From IMG/VR virus record IMGVR_UViG_3300009370_000009, positions 1 through 64,000 of that record: 64,000 nucleotides of DNA; one strand, given 5' to 3'. The position numbers were made by a program, and so were the translations under genes. The notes beneath the pieces were generated by a model. That model worked only from the letters and a program-made list of their open reading frames with translations, did not search any database and was not told the origin of the DNA. Below are positions 17,311-26,604 of the stretch, one piece after another; positions within the stretch are counted from its first letter, which is position 1, and each line of letters begins with the position of its first letter. This DNA comes from a virus.

Positions 17311-17339
17311 TTGAAGTAAGACTACTTCAGTGCTATACT
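17311..17339 (+). promoter_or_regulatory. Sigma70-type promoter TTGAAG-N17-TATACT (extended -10) with an inverted repeat in the spacer
   Basis: TTGAAG at 17311-16, TG at 17331-32, TATACT at 17334-39; dyad TGAAGTA-agac-TACTTCA at 17312-17329. Confidence 0.6.
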
Positions 17340-17354
17340 TGGGTAGAGTGAAAA

Positions 17355-18290
17355 ATGGAAGAGGTTCAATCTAATACTAGCAAAACGTTTACACTGTCTT
17401 TAGGTGCCGATCCGGTAGGTAATAGTGTTACTGCTGTATTGACACATAGTTGGAGTGGAGAGACTGTCCTAGGTTCGACTAGTTGTACTAGGACTGGAGT
17501 AGGCACTTATACTATTACTTATGGTGAAAAGGCTGCTGGATCTGGGAATTATTACTTGGATGCTGCTGGGGAACATAAGGTTGAATTTACGTATACTGTG
17601 GGTTCTACGGAGTATACTTCTGCTCAGTATTTCTTTGTGTATGAGCCGTATATAAACTCAACCGATTTTTTTGCTATTCATTCTGGTCTTGAAAGTAGTT
17701 TTTCTTCTTCGTTTACGACATACGAGAAGAAAGTTAGAAGAATTATTAACACCTATTGTGGGCAAGATTTTTATAGTTTCCCAAACAAAAGTATTACTTT
17801 AGATGGAACCGATTCTCCTGCTTTACATTTGCCTAAACCAATGTATACGTTGACTACGGTGCATGCTGATTATGGCGATAGTGATCAACTATTGATTCAC
17901 GATTCGTCTGATTCCACAAAACTAAATTTGGAGAAAGTTAGAAGTTTTGGGAATTTTGAATCGAGTTGGCATTTACGGTTTAAGCATAAGACGACTACTA
18001 ATGTGAACCAGAGATTGCTTGGAGACAAGTTTACTCATAAATCAGATTATCGAGTTAAAGGCGATTGGGGATGGAGGTTCATTCCTCAGAATGTACAGAG
18101 TGCATCTGAAATTCTAATAGCGGATATGATGAATAATGATAGTGAATACCGTAATCATCGGATTCTTGACGTAAGCCTAGATACGACTAGGATGTCGTTC
18201 GATTCAGACTTTTTAGGGACTACTGGTAATACTGAAGCTGATATACTGTTGATGGATTATACTACGTATGTTATGGACTATGTTGTATAA
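17355..18290 (+). CDS. Head-to-tail adaptor with an extra N-terminal beta-sandwich domain
   Basis: IINTYCGQDF...V.GDWGW..IP..V..A..ILI.D...TGN..AD.LL is typical of actinophage adaptors; lies before the neck/tail genes. Confidence 0.65.
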   Translation: MEEVQSNTSKTFTLSLGADPVGNSVTAVLTHSWSGETVLGSTSCTRTGVGTYTITYGEKAAGSGNYYLDAAGEHKVEFTYTVGSTEYTSAQYFFVYEPYINSTDFFAIHSGLESSFSSSFTTYEKKVRRIINTYCGQDFYSFPNKSITLDGTDSPALHLPKPMYTLTTVHADYGDSDQLLIHDSSDSTKLNLEKVRSFGNFESSWHLRFKHKTTTNVNQRLLGDKFTHKSDYRVKGDWGWRFIPQNVQSASEILIADMMNNDSEYRNHRILDVSLDTTRMSFDSDFLGTTGNTEADILLMDYTTYVMDYVV

Positions 18291-18670
18291 TGAAACAGAC
18301 GTTTATACATTTCCCGAACACAGTTGAGGTACACACTAAGACTGTCACTACAAGTGCCGCTGGTCAGAGAAAAGCTTCCTTTGGTTTGAATAGCACTGTT
18401 AATGTAAGAGTTCAATCTGGTAGCGGATCAAGAACTACTAGCGGTTATATTGCTGAAGTCGATTCGTATACTGTAATATTCTCTCATGAGGATAAGGCTT
18501 TGGTAACGTATGCTAACAGATTGAAAAATCTTAAAGATCGGGATGGGACTGTTATTGAGGCTGGTCCGCTTGAAATATTGAATGTGGAAAAGAAACTGGG
18601 TGTGTCTGGTAAAATTAATCATTTGATTGCTCAAGTTACTAAGGTTAAAGAGGGCAGTGAAAATGACTAG
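18290..18670 (+). CDS. Head-to-tail stopper (head closure)
   Basis: 126-aa beta-rich protein directly after the adaptor; synteny. Confidence 0.55.
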   Translation: MKQTFIHFPNTVEVHTKTVTTSAAGQRKASFGLNSTVNVRVQSGSGSRTTSGYIAEVDSYTVIFSHEDKALVTYANRLKNLKDRDGTVIEAGPLEILNVEKKLGVSGKINHLIAQVTKVKEGSEND

Positions 18671-19193
18671 TTGGTCTATAGATGCTAAGAGTATGGCGTC
18701 TGTCAAGAAACAGACTGACAAAATTAAGACGCTTCGTCTTAATGTTAAGCAGACGTTCGCTACGATGGGTGATCTTGTGTCATCTGATGTTTTAAAAGCA
18801 TTAGATAGGCAGATGCAATTGAAGCATTCTGATACGAAGATTTCTGAATTGGTTGATGTGTCTACGACTGCTACTGGGCATGCACGGTTCAGAGTTGAAA
18901 TCACAGGTAAGGAAGACAAAGGTCAATTTTTAATGTCTGGACGAAAGAAGACTTCTGGATTGATCCTGCCCAGGAAGGGGAAAGCTATGAAAGTTAGGAA
19001 AAATGACCCCAACATGGCTGGAAAGGTTCTACGTCAAGCTAGAAAGGTCAGAGTTCCTGGTCGTTCAGACGAGATGCATCAGATAGCGCTTGCTGTGGTT
19101 AAGGGCAGGATGGCTGAGAGGATTGCAGATGCTACTGGTTTGGGTGTACGTGGTGGTGGTGCTATAACTAGAGGTCGAGGGGGATGGGGGTAA
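18663..19193 (+). CDS. Basic neck/tail-completion protein
   Basis: ILPRKGKAM...VRVPG motif; sits between stopper and terminator. Confidence 0.5.
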   Translation: MTSWSIDAKSMASVKKQTDKIKTLRLNVKQTFATMGDLVSSDVLKALDRQMQLKHSDTKISELVDVSTTATGHARFRVEITGKEDKGQFLMSGRKKTSGLILPRKGKAMKVRKNDPNMAGKVLRQARKVRVPGRSDEMHQIALAVVKGRMAERIADATGLGVRGGGAITRGRGGWG

Positions 19194-19197
19194 GTAA

Positions 19198-19641
19198 ATG
19201 TCTGTAGTCGCATATGATGTAAACACATTCTTGAAAGCAGATTCTGCTTTGCAAACGCTAGCTGGAAAAACGACCTCCAGTCCTATGGATATATTCCCAA
19301 TCATAGGCTACGGTTCGTCAGGGGTTTCTGGATATGATGTTCCATTTATGGTCTATATTTGGGAACCTTTAGATTTAGGTGTTGAGCAATATTGGAATAG
19401 GGCAGATCTAATTCGTTATACTATATATGATAGTGATGCAGATAGGTGTTTTAAAATGGCAAATCGGTTGATTGCGTTGCTTGGAAAGGGGGATAGTGTA
19501 TCTGGTTCGTCGGGGATAACTTCAACGGCCAACCGTATACACTCGTCTAGGTTGATGGACTCATTTTCTGAGGAACCCGTCGAAAAGGAAGGATGGTATA
19601 CTGTCATCTTGACTTTTGAATTGATGTACAATGTGATCTAG
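19198..19641 (+). CDS. Tail terminator protein
   Basis: 147 aa immediately upstream of the major tail gene; PFMVY...I.YTIY pattern; synteny. Confidence 0.55.
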   Translation: MSVVAYDVNTFLKADSALQTLAGKTTSSPMDIFPIIGYGSSGVSGYDVPFMVYIWEPLDLGVEQYWNRADLIRYTIYDSDADRCFKMANRLIALLGKGDSVSGSSGITSTANRIHSSRLMDSFSEEPVEKEGWYTVILTFELMYNVI

Positions 19642-19660
19642 ACTAGCATAATAAGGGCAA

Positions 19661-19855
19661 ATGGGCTATACTGCTATTACGTATATAGGTGCGGAAAGCG
19701 ACTACATTGCTAAAATAAAAAAACAGGTTTTTTATTTTGAGTGGCAAAATAGTCGAGGAGTGGGAAAAGGAAAAGATGAGGTTCCAGAGGAGATCGCCAT
19801 TAGTTTATCTAACTGGCGTGACAGTAAGGGGCATCATTTATTCACATTAGAATAA
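19661..19855 (+). CDS. Small hypothetical protein
   Basis: 64-aa ORF filling the gap before the major tail gene. Confidence 0.5.
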   Translation: MGYTAITYIGAESDYIAKIKKQVFYFEWQNSRGVGKGKDEVPEEIAISLSNWRDSKGHHLFTLE

Positions 19856-19868
19856 TAGGAGGAAAAAA

Positions 19869-20426
19869 ATGGCTGTTACAGTAAGTAATATTCTAGTCGG
19901 TGAAGCCCAGGTTTTGGTTGGGGCCAATCTGACTTCTGCTGCAGACATTGGCGCCACTCAGGACGGTGTAGAGCTTTCTTGGGAGCCTGACATGGTTGAT
20001 ATTGAGATCGATCAGTTTGGTGACGCCGCTAAGGTGATTCAGTCGATGGTTAAGGTTATGCTTAAGACGACTCTTGCAGAGGCGACTTTGGTCAACCTTG
20101 CCAACGCTTGGGGTTATGATTCTACTGTCGGAAACTCTGACATTAAGCAGAATCAGGACGGGACGGACACTAACACTTTCATGTTTGGTGTTGAGAACGT
20201 TTATCCGTTTGAGCGTGCAATCAAGACTGTTGGTAGCGCTCCTGGCAGTACGGCGTCAACTACGTTGACTCGTACATTCCAGGCTAAGCGTGCGATCTCT
20301 TACTCGGCCAGTTCCCACAGCATGAAGCGTGCTGAGGCGACTGTGTTCCCTGTGGAGTTTCGTATTCTGCCAACCGCTGCTGATGTCGGTTATGAGTACG
20401 GTAAGATCATTGACGCAACCGCATAA
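19869..20426 (+). CDS. Major tail tube protein
   Basis: NILVGEA...IGATQDGVELSWEP...IEIDQ...TTLAEATL.NL...FPVEFRILP; strong RBS; upstream of chaperones and tape measure. Confidence 0.85.
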   Translation: MAVTVSNILVGEAQVLVGANLTSAADIGATQDGVELSWEPDMVDIEIDQFGDAAKVIQSMVKVMLKTTLAEATLVNLANAWGYDSTVGNSDIKQNQDGTDTNTFMFGVENVYPFERAIKTVGSAPGSTASTTLTRTFQAKRAISYSASSHSMKRAEATVFPVEFRILPTAADVGYEYGKIIDATA

Positions 20427-20475
20427 AGTTCGGTTGTCTGTGATATAATATAGAAAAGAAAGGTGTGAAAAGTTA

Positions 20476-20805
20476 ATGGCTGCAAAGAACGATGACCTTC
20501 GTGTCGGGTATGATATTGTGTTTGCTGATGGGGTGACTCGAAAGATTAAACCCCTGACGATCCGCCAGCTTCGTAGTTTTATGAAGGTGATGGACAAGAT
20601 GCAGGATCTGGATACGGAGGATACCACACAGTCGATGTCTGATGAGGATATTGACAATATGGTCGAAGCAGCCGCCATAGCGCTGTCCAAGGTAGACAAG
20701 GAGTTGTCGGAAGATTCTGATGCTCTGGAAGATGCCTTGGACTTGCGTTGTTTTGGGGCACTTATGGCGGCTTCTATGGGTAACGACCCAAATTTAGACC
20801 AGTAG
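20476..20805 (+). CDS. Tail assembly chaperone (gpG-like)
   Basis: IKPLTIRQLR.FM motif; lies between major tail and tape measure; slippery site at the 3' end; TGATATAAT promoter at 20441. Confidence 0.8.
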   Translation: MAAKNDDLRVGYDIVFADGVTRKIKPLTIRQLRSFMKVMDKMQDLDTEDTTQSMSDEDIDNMVEAAAIALSKVDKELSEDSDALEDALDLRCFGALMAASMGNDPNLDQ

Positions 20806-21137
20806 TATCTGGGGAGGGGGACTCCTCAGAGGGGAAGGATTGGGAGGATTTTCCTCTGACTGCGATGGGGATATATGTCTTTACTGAGATAGGGGCATGG
20901 AAATCTCTTGAGGAGTTGGAGGATAGCCTAATTCTACCAGAGTTAGTAGAGTTTGTTGGTGCTTGCCGTAGGGCAGATCACCGCAATTTGAAGATTGCCG
21001 CTATGGCGCAGGGCGCGGAAACTAATCTAGACTCAGATGATTATGGATTTGATATAGGAGATGGGTCTAGTGAGGCTGCTGCTTCTGGATTTGAAATATC
21101 TCATCTGCCAATTGGTGTTGGGTTTACTGAAGAATAG
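20787..21137 (+). CDS. Tail assembly chaperone -1 frameshift extension (gpGT-like)
   Basis: C CCA AAT heptamer at 20787-20793; the -1 frame is open through to 21137 (W...EELEDSL.LPEL). Confidence 0.75.
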   Translation, partial: PKFRPVVSGEGDSSEGKDWEDFPLTAMGIYVFTEIGAWKSLEELEDSLILPELVEFVGACRRADHRNLKIAAMAQGAETNLDSDDYGFDIGDGSSEAAASGFEISHLPIGVGFTEE

Positions 21138-21181
21138 TGGACTAATGACGCCAAATATGGGAGAATATATGTAGGTGAAAC

Positions 21182-24100
21182 ATGGCTGCTAACGAATCTA
21201 TAATTAAGATTAGAGGGGACGCGACTGATGCTATATCAGCGTTTCAGGCGCTTGCTGCTGCCACTGTAAAGTCTTATCAAGCTACAGAGAAAGCTGCTGA
21301 TACTTTTAAAGAGTTAAGAGATAATCAGAGGGCTATGGCTAAGACCGCTAAAATTAGCGGCGCCATGATCAAAGATCTTGACAAGAACATAAACAAATAT
21401 GCCAAGAGTACAGGAGCATCTGTAAAGGAAATAAAAAAACTTAAGGGTGGGCTGAGGAACATAAATAGCTCCTTTGGTACCGCCAGCATGCGAGCTCATC
21501 AGTTTGCTATGGATTTGAAGGGTGTCGGCTTAGCGATTCGTAATTCTGGTAAGAACCTGCAGTTCATGGGTAGAAGCATCATGATTGGTATGCTTCCTTT
21601 TGCTAATGCTATTTCTAAGGCTAGTAGTTTTGCTAGGGCTTTAGAGCAGGCTGAGATTAGATTTATTAAAATTACTGGTCTGACTCGTGGAGCTGGAGAT
21701 GATTTTGAAAAGTTGTTTGGACAGTTTGAGAAACTGTCTGAGTCGTTTGGTGTTTCTAGGGATCTGATTACTGATATCGCTACAGACTTCGCTTTGGTTG
21801 GTATGCCCATTAGCGAAGTGGATACTCTGGTTAGGGCCTCAAATGAGTTGGCGATCCTCGGGCAGATTGATGTTGGTCCTGCTAAAGAGATTTTGACATC
21901 AACTGTTTTCGCTATGAGGAACATGGCGACTTTGAGAGGGGAAACTCTTTCATTCAATGATGCTATTAAGCAGGCTACTGGGCAGATGTATCTGTTCAAT
22001 ATTGTTAATAACAATACTGCTATGGCAATTTCTGATATGGCTGATGCTATTCCGAAGTTGGTTCCGATTACGGTTCAGTTCGGTTTGACGGTTACTGAGG
22101 CTGCTGGTGCTTTGGCTGCTATGAAGGCGTCTGGTGTTTCTGCTGCTGAGGGTACTGTTGCTTTGCGTACTGGTTTGTTACGTTTGACTAGTCTTACTAA
22201 GCAAGCAGATGAGAAGGTTGAAGAGGCTAGGAAGACTTTGAAGAAGTTCAACTTTGAGGCCGGGGTCGGTATTGAGACTTTGGCTAACTTTGGTCAGAGC
22301 CTGTTGTCTATTAGAAGGGAACTTGGTGATGCTTCTGCGTTCGATATTGTCAAGAATATTCTTGGCATTAGGCAGACTGCTAAGGTCCAGTTGTTTGTTA
22401 TGGATATGCAGGCAGCAGAGAATCAGATTCAAGTTGTAACTGATGCTATGAGAGAGCTGGGCGGCCAGGAAGTGTTTGGTAGTCAACAGGTTTCTAATAT
22501 GACTGAGTTCGCTAGGGCTTCGAGGGTTCCTTCGGAAGGGATGAAGAAGGCTGCGGATGAGTTGTTGAAGGATTCTAAGAAGATGGAGAATGTTACTTCG
22601 CAGTTCTTGCGAAGCTTGATCATTCAGATGTCTGGTGTTGAAAACGCTCAGAAAAGCTCAATGGAAGAGATGCAGAAGGTTTTGGAATCTGATGCATTCA
22701 AGATGCAGCAGGCTAGAACTGCTATGAAGAATGCTTTGACGGAAATAGGTGGTTTGGTTAACAGGATGGTTGTTGATCATATTCTGCCTATTGTTAACAA
22801 ATGGATTGACGCTTTTAGGGCTATACCTGATGGGGTTAAGAAAATAATTGTTATTATTGCTGCTTTGGTTGCTTCTTTTGGTCCTTTATTGTATATGTTG
22901 GCGATTATGAAGATGGCGTTTGGTCAGACCATGCAAATTATGGCGGGGGCGGTAGGAAGGTTCTTCTCAGGCTTTACTGCTGCTGGTAGGGCGGCAACTG
23001 TTGCTGCTAATGAGCAGGCTTTTTCGGTTGAGATGCTAGCATTGGCTCATAAGCATTCTACAGCGGCGATAGTACAAAATACAGCGGCGAAGGCTGAAAA
23101 TCTTGGAGTCCTCAGTGCGGCGCACGGGTTGCATATAAAAGAGGCCGCATCTAAGGAGATGGCAGCGTTAGCGACACAGATGGACACGGTGGCTGCACAT
23201 GCTAATACTGTGGCTCATCGTGAAAATATATCGGTTAGAGCCGTGAATGCCTTTAACAAACACATTGGGAGAACCGCATTTGGCAGGGGTGTAGCCGGTG
23301 CTGCTCGTATGGCAATGCATCCTGCCCGTAGTATTAGAAAGGGCGCTCTTGGTGTTAAAAGGTTCATGTATGGGGCGCGTGGTGGTGTGATGCCATTTGG
23401 CGCTGGGGGCCGTGCTGGTGCAGCATTACATAGTAGGACTGTTGGAAATGTCCGAAAATTTCAGATGGGGCGTACTATTAGAAAAGCGCATATGGCGACG
23501 GCGCCAGCATGGCGCGGGCCAATGGCTGCACCGGGATCAATCCCCGGCGCTTTGGGGTCTGGACAGTTTAAACGTGCTGGAGAGATGGCTAAGAGTCGTG
23601 GAATGTTTTCTGGCTTGAAAAAACAGGCGACAGGATTTATTGGAGTAATAAAAAAGATTGGCCCGCTGCTTAAACTCATGTTGTCTCCAATAGCGATGGC
23701 TAAAAAGATATTGATGTTTTTCAATCCTTGGGCTTTGGCGTTTACTGTGTTACTTGGTACCATTGCTGCTGTTTGGATCACCATCAAAAATAACTGGGTT
23801 ACGTTTAGAGCCGCCGTAGAGCCGGGATTGGAGGCTCTTAGGGCTGCTTGGGATTCGATTAAGTCTGCTTTGGGTTCTGTGATGGACGCCGTGTTCCAGT
23901 TGTTTAATAGGTTGTCTTTTGGCGCTAAAGAAGGTGCCGATCAAGGTACTACCTTGGGCAAAGTGTTTGGCGCAGTCTTTAAGGGTATTGCGCTCGCTTT
24001 GCAGGGTATAGCTGGTTTGTTTAAACTTGTAGCCAAAGCGATTAGTTTGGCTATGGATGTTGTTACGCCGGTTATCAACTTCTTTTTAGGGCAACTGACT

Positions 24101-26128
24101 GCTGTTATTGAAATTGTAAAAGCGATGGTTGCTTTGTTTAAGGGTGATTTCTCTCAGGTTTGGGTGCATGTTAAGAGAGCTGCTGGTGCCGCCTTGCTTG
24201 GCCTTGTAAGCATGGTTGATGGCGTATTCAATTTCATAATAGATAAACTTGCTTGGTTTGTTGATCGGGCGGCTAGTGTGGTCGGATGGTTTAATGATTC
24301 TTGGGCTGATGGGTTGCGTGCTGCCGCCGAGGGGTTGCGTGATTTTGGAACGACAGCTGTAGATGGCATGCGGGATCAGATAGCAGAATTGAGTGGTATT
24401 TCGGCGGAAGAACTTATAGGAATTAGGTCCAGCGATGTAAGAAGTATTGGTGAAGAGTTGGGTGGAGTTCTTGGTTCTGGGGTTGCCGATGGGTTTGAAG
24501 ACGAGATGGAGTTTGCTGCTCCTGGGATGCATCAGGCTATTAATGATGCAGCGAAAGAGGGGCGGGAGGCTGCTGAAACATTTGCTGATGGCTTTACGTC
24601 TGCTTTTGCTAAGTTTGTTAAGGAAATGGAAAAGGCCATTAGGAAGATGGTTGGCGACGCTAAGGCTTTGGTTCTTGATGCGTTTGATAGTCAAACAGAG
24701 AGTGTTGTGGCAGCGTATGATGCTCAGATTGATGCTATTAACGCTGTTATTAAAGAGGAAGAGCGTCTGTCTAAGGAGGTTGCTTATCAGACGAAGCGTC
24801 GTGAACAGATTAGAGATATGGCCCTTAGGAATGATTCGTATCGTCGGAATAGGGCTTTGGCTATCTATGAGGGGCGGATTGGTGATGCTCGCCAGTTGGA
24901 TCTTAAGGAGAGGAAGCAGAAGGAAGATGCTGACAAGAAGTTGTCGGATCTTGACACTAAGCGTAACGAAACTCTGCTGGATCAGCAACGTCAAGATACG
25001 ATAGAGAGGATTAATGAGCAGAAGAGGGCGTATCAGCAGTTACGTGATGATATGAAAACTGAGTTGGATGGTGTTCTTGAAGAGTTGACTAAGTTTAGTC
25101 CCAAGAATAAGGCTGAGTGGGCACAGATTGTAGATGATATTGATGCTGAGATCGTTAAACTTGTTGGCAGCGAAGAGGCTGAGGGTATCATGGGTAAACT
25201 TAGAGGTGAGATGGGGCCTAACATTTTCGACAGCATTGTGGAGGATGTTACTAGTGGTATGCGTGATGTTTACAACTGGACTCCTGCGGCTATGGAGGGG
25301 GATGGCCCGTTTGCATGGTTGTTTGATGAGTTTGATAAGGTTGAGGAAGAGTTTGTTGCTTTTGAAACTAGGATTAAGGGTTGGAAGGATAGGTTGGAGC
25401 AGGCTTTATTGGGGGAGCAAGCGGGCACTCAGGAAGCCTTGATGATGGCGACTAAGGGTCTTGATAAAAATATTTATGGTCACATTATTTCTGGTCTGAC
25501 TGACCCGATCCGTGGCCCAGAGTATGGATCTGAGTTTGAGGCGAGAATGGCTGGTGCGCAAAATTGGGCAAATTATTTAAATGAGTCTCGTGTTGCGAGA
25601 GCACAAGAAGGCGCAAAGGGAATACCAGACTATAAGTCTGAATTTGCAGCAAGAATGGGCGGTGCGCAAAACTGGGCAGATTATTTAGGTGGGGTAGTGG
25701 CTGGGATTCCGTCATGGTACACCGGCTCAGACTGGGAGCCTGACTATAAATATTATGGTGGTGCTATTAAAGCTCAGTATGGAAGGTATCTTGGCGGGTT
25801 TGGCTCGTCTATGATCCCTGTTATGGCTCATGGTGGCGAGTTTATGATGAGCGCTAAGGCTACTAGGCGTATTGGTGTTGGGGCTTTGAATAACATGAAT
25901 AGCTTTGGTAAACTTAGCGGTCCTAATGATGCTGGCGGGGGAGTGACTAATAACAGTAATAGTAATATTACTATCCATGTTGATACTTTTGTTGGGCAGC
26001 GTGAATGGTTTGAGAAGATGATGTCCGATTATAATATCCATGTTGCCCCAAGTTCTGAACGGGCTAGGGGTATTGAGAAGAGGACTGTGGGAAGCTATAC
26101 TGAGCGAAACACTAGATCCAGGGTCTGA
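21182..26128 (+). CDS. Tape measure protein
   Basis: 1648 aa, Ala-rich and helical, with a TP901-type core, hydrophobic segments and a C-terminal HGGEFMM motif. Confidence 0.92.
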   Translation: MAANESIIKIRGDATDAISAFQALAAATVKSYQATEKAADTFKELRDNQRAMAKTAKISGAMIKDLDKNINKYAKSTGASVKEIKKLKGGLRNINSSFGTASMRAHQFAMDLKGVGLAIRNSGKNLQFMGRSIMIGMLPFANAISKASSFARALEQAEIRFIKITGLTRGAGDDFEKLFGQFEKLSESFGVSRDLITDIATDFALVGMPISEVDTLVRASNELAILGQIDVGPAKEILTSTVFAMRNMATLRGETLSFNDAIKQATGQMYLFNIVNNNTAMAISDMADAIPKLVPITVQFGLTVTEAAGALAAMKASGVSAAEGTVALRTGLLRLTSLTKQADEKVEEARKTLKKFNFEAGVGIETLANFGQSLLSIRRELGDASAFDIVKNILGIRQTAKVQLFVMDMQAAENQIQVVTDAMRELGGQEVFGSQQVSNMTEFARASRVPSEGMKKAADELLKDSKKMENVTSQFLRSLIIQMSGVENAQKSSMEEMQKVLESDAFKMQQARTAMKNALTEIGGLVNRMVVDHILPIVNKWIDAFRAIPDGVKKIIVIIAALVASFGPLLYMLAIMKMAFGQTMQIMAGAVGRFFSGFTAAGRAATVAANEQAFSVEMLALAHKHSTAAIVQNTAAKAENLGVLSAAHGLHIKEAASKEMAALATQMDTVAAHANTVAHRENISVRAVNAFNKHIGRTAFGRGVAGAARMAMHPARSIRKGALGVKRFMYGARGGVMPFGAGGRAGAALHSRTVGNVRKFQMGRTIRKAHMATAPAWRGPMAAPGSIPGALGSGQFKRAGEMAKSRGMFSGLKKQATGFIGVIKKIGPLLKLMLSPIAMAKKILMFFNPWALAFTVLLGTIAAVWITIKNNWVTFRAAVEPGLEALRAAWDSIKSALGSVMDAVFQLFNRLSFGAKEGADQGTTLGKVFGAVFKGIALALQGIAGLFKLVAKAISLAMDVVTPVINFFLGQLTAVIEIVKAMVALFKGDFSQVWVHVKRAAGAALLGLVSMVDGVFNFIIDKLAWFVDRAASVVGWFNDSWADGLRAAAEGLRDFGTTAVDGMRDQIAELSGISAEELIGIRSSDVRSIGEELGGVLGSGVADGFEDEMEFAAPGMHQAINDAAKEGREAAETFADGFTSAFAKFVKEMEKAIRKMVGDAKALVLDAFDSQTESVVAAYDAQIDAINAVIKEEERLSKEVAYQTKRREQIRDMALRNDSYRRNRALAIYEGRIGDARQLDLKERKQKEDADKKLSDLDTKRNETLLDQQRQDTIERINEQKRAYQQLRDDMKTELDGVLEELTKFSPKNKAEWAQIVDDIDAEIVKLVGSEEAEGIMGKLRGEMGPNIFDSIVEDVTSGMRDVYNWTPAAMEGDGPFAWLFDEFDKVEEEFVAFETRIKGWKDRLEQALLGEQAGTQEALMMATKGLDKNIYGHIISGLTDPIRGPEYGSEFEARMAGAQNWANYLNESRVARAQEGAKGIPDYKSEFAARMGGAQNWADYLGGVVAGIPSWYTGSDWEPDYKYYGGAIKAQYGRYLGGFGSSMIPVMAHGGEFMMSAKATRRIGVGALNNMNSFGKLSGPNDAGGGVTNNSNSNITIHVDTFVGQREWFEKMMSDYNIHVAPSSERARGIEKRTVGSYTERNTRSRV

Positions 26129-26604
26129 TGGCTACCGTAACTGGAATTGCTGAACTGTCGGCAACCGGTACGCTTCCTAAGATTAGGGTTAGTGGTGTCA
26201 ATACTTATGTTGACGTTTATAGGTTATGTAAACTTAATAATAAGATTTTAACCGCCCATAATAGAAAGTTTGGTATTGGGGTCAACTATGTGTACGATGA
26301 TGTGCAGTTGCTATCTGGTAATACCCGGAGGTTTCTTCGGGGCGTTAAGCAAACTTTCAATTTAGACTGGCAGTTTCTGCCGTCTAAGACTTCTAAGACG
26401 GTTGATGGCCAGTATGGTAGAGATTATTTGAAAAGTTTAGTCGGGAACCGGCAGATGTTGGAGTTCTTTGTTCAAGATAAACCTAATGATGCTGGATCTA
26501 CTTACACTGTTTTTATAGAGTCATACAATGAAGATCTAGTTCGTAGAGAACTCAACACGGGGACACACTTTTATAATGTTTCATTAGTGTTAAGGGAGAG
26601 TTAA
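26128..26604 (+). CDS. Distal tail (Dit-like) minor tail protein
   Basis: Directly after the tape measure; F.L.W.FLP....TVDG..G...LK pattern. Confidence 0.65.
   Translation: MATVTGIAELSATGTLPKIRVSGVNTYVDVYRLCKLNNKILTAHNRKFGIGVNYVYDDVQLLSGNTRRFLRGVKQTFNLDWQFLPSKTSKTVDGQYGRDYLKSLVGNRQMLEFFVQDKPNDAGSTYTVFIESYNEDLVRRELNTGTHFYNVSLVLRES

Noticed and set aside
24086-24994. 302-aa minus-strand ORF and other long antisense ORFs within tail genes
   Set aside because: Shadows of G+T-biased + strand codon usage; no recognisable motifs, and the window is otherwise uniformly + strand.
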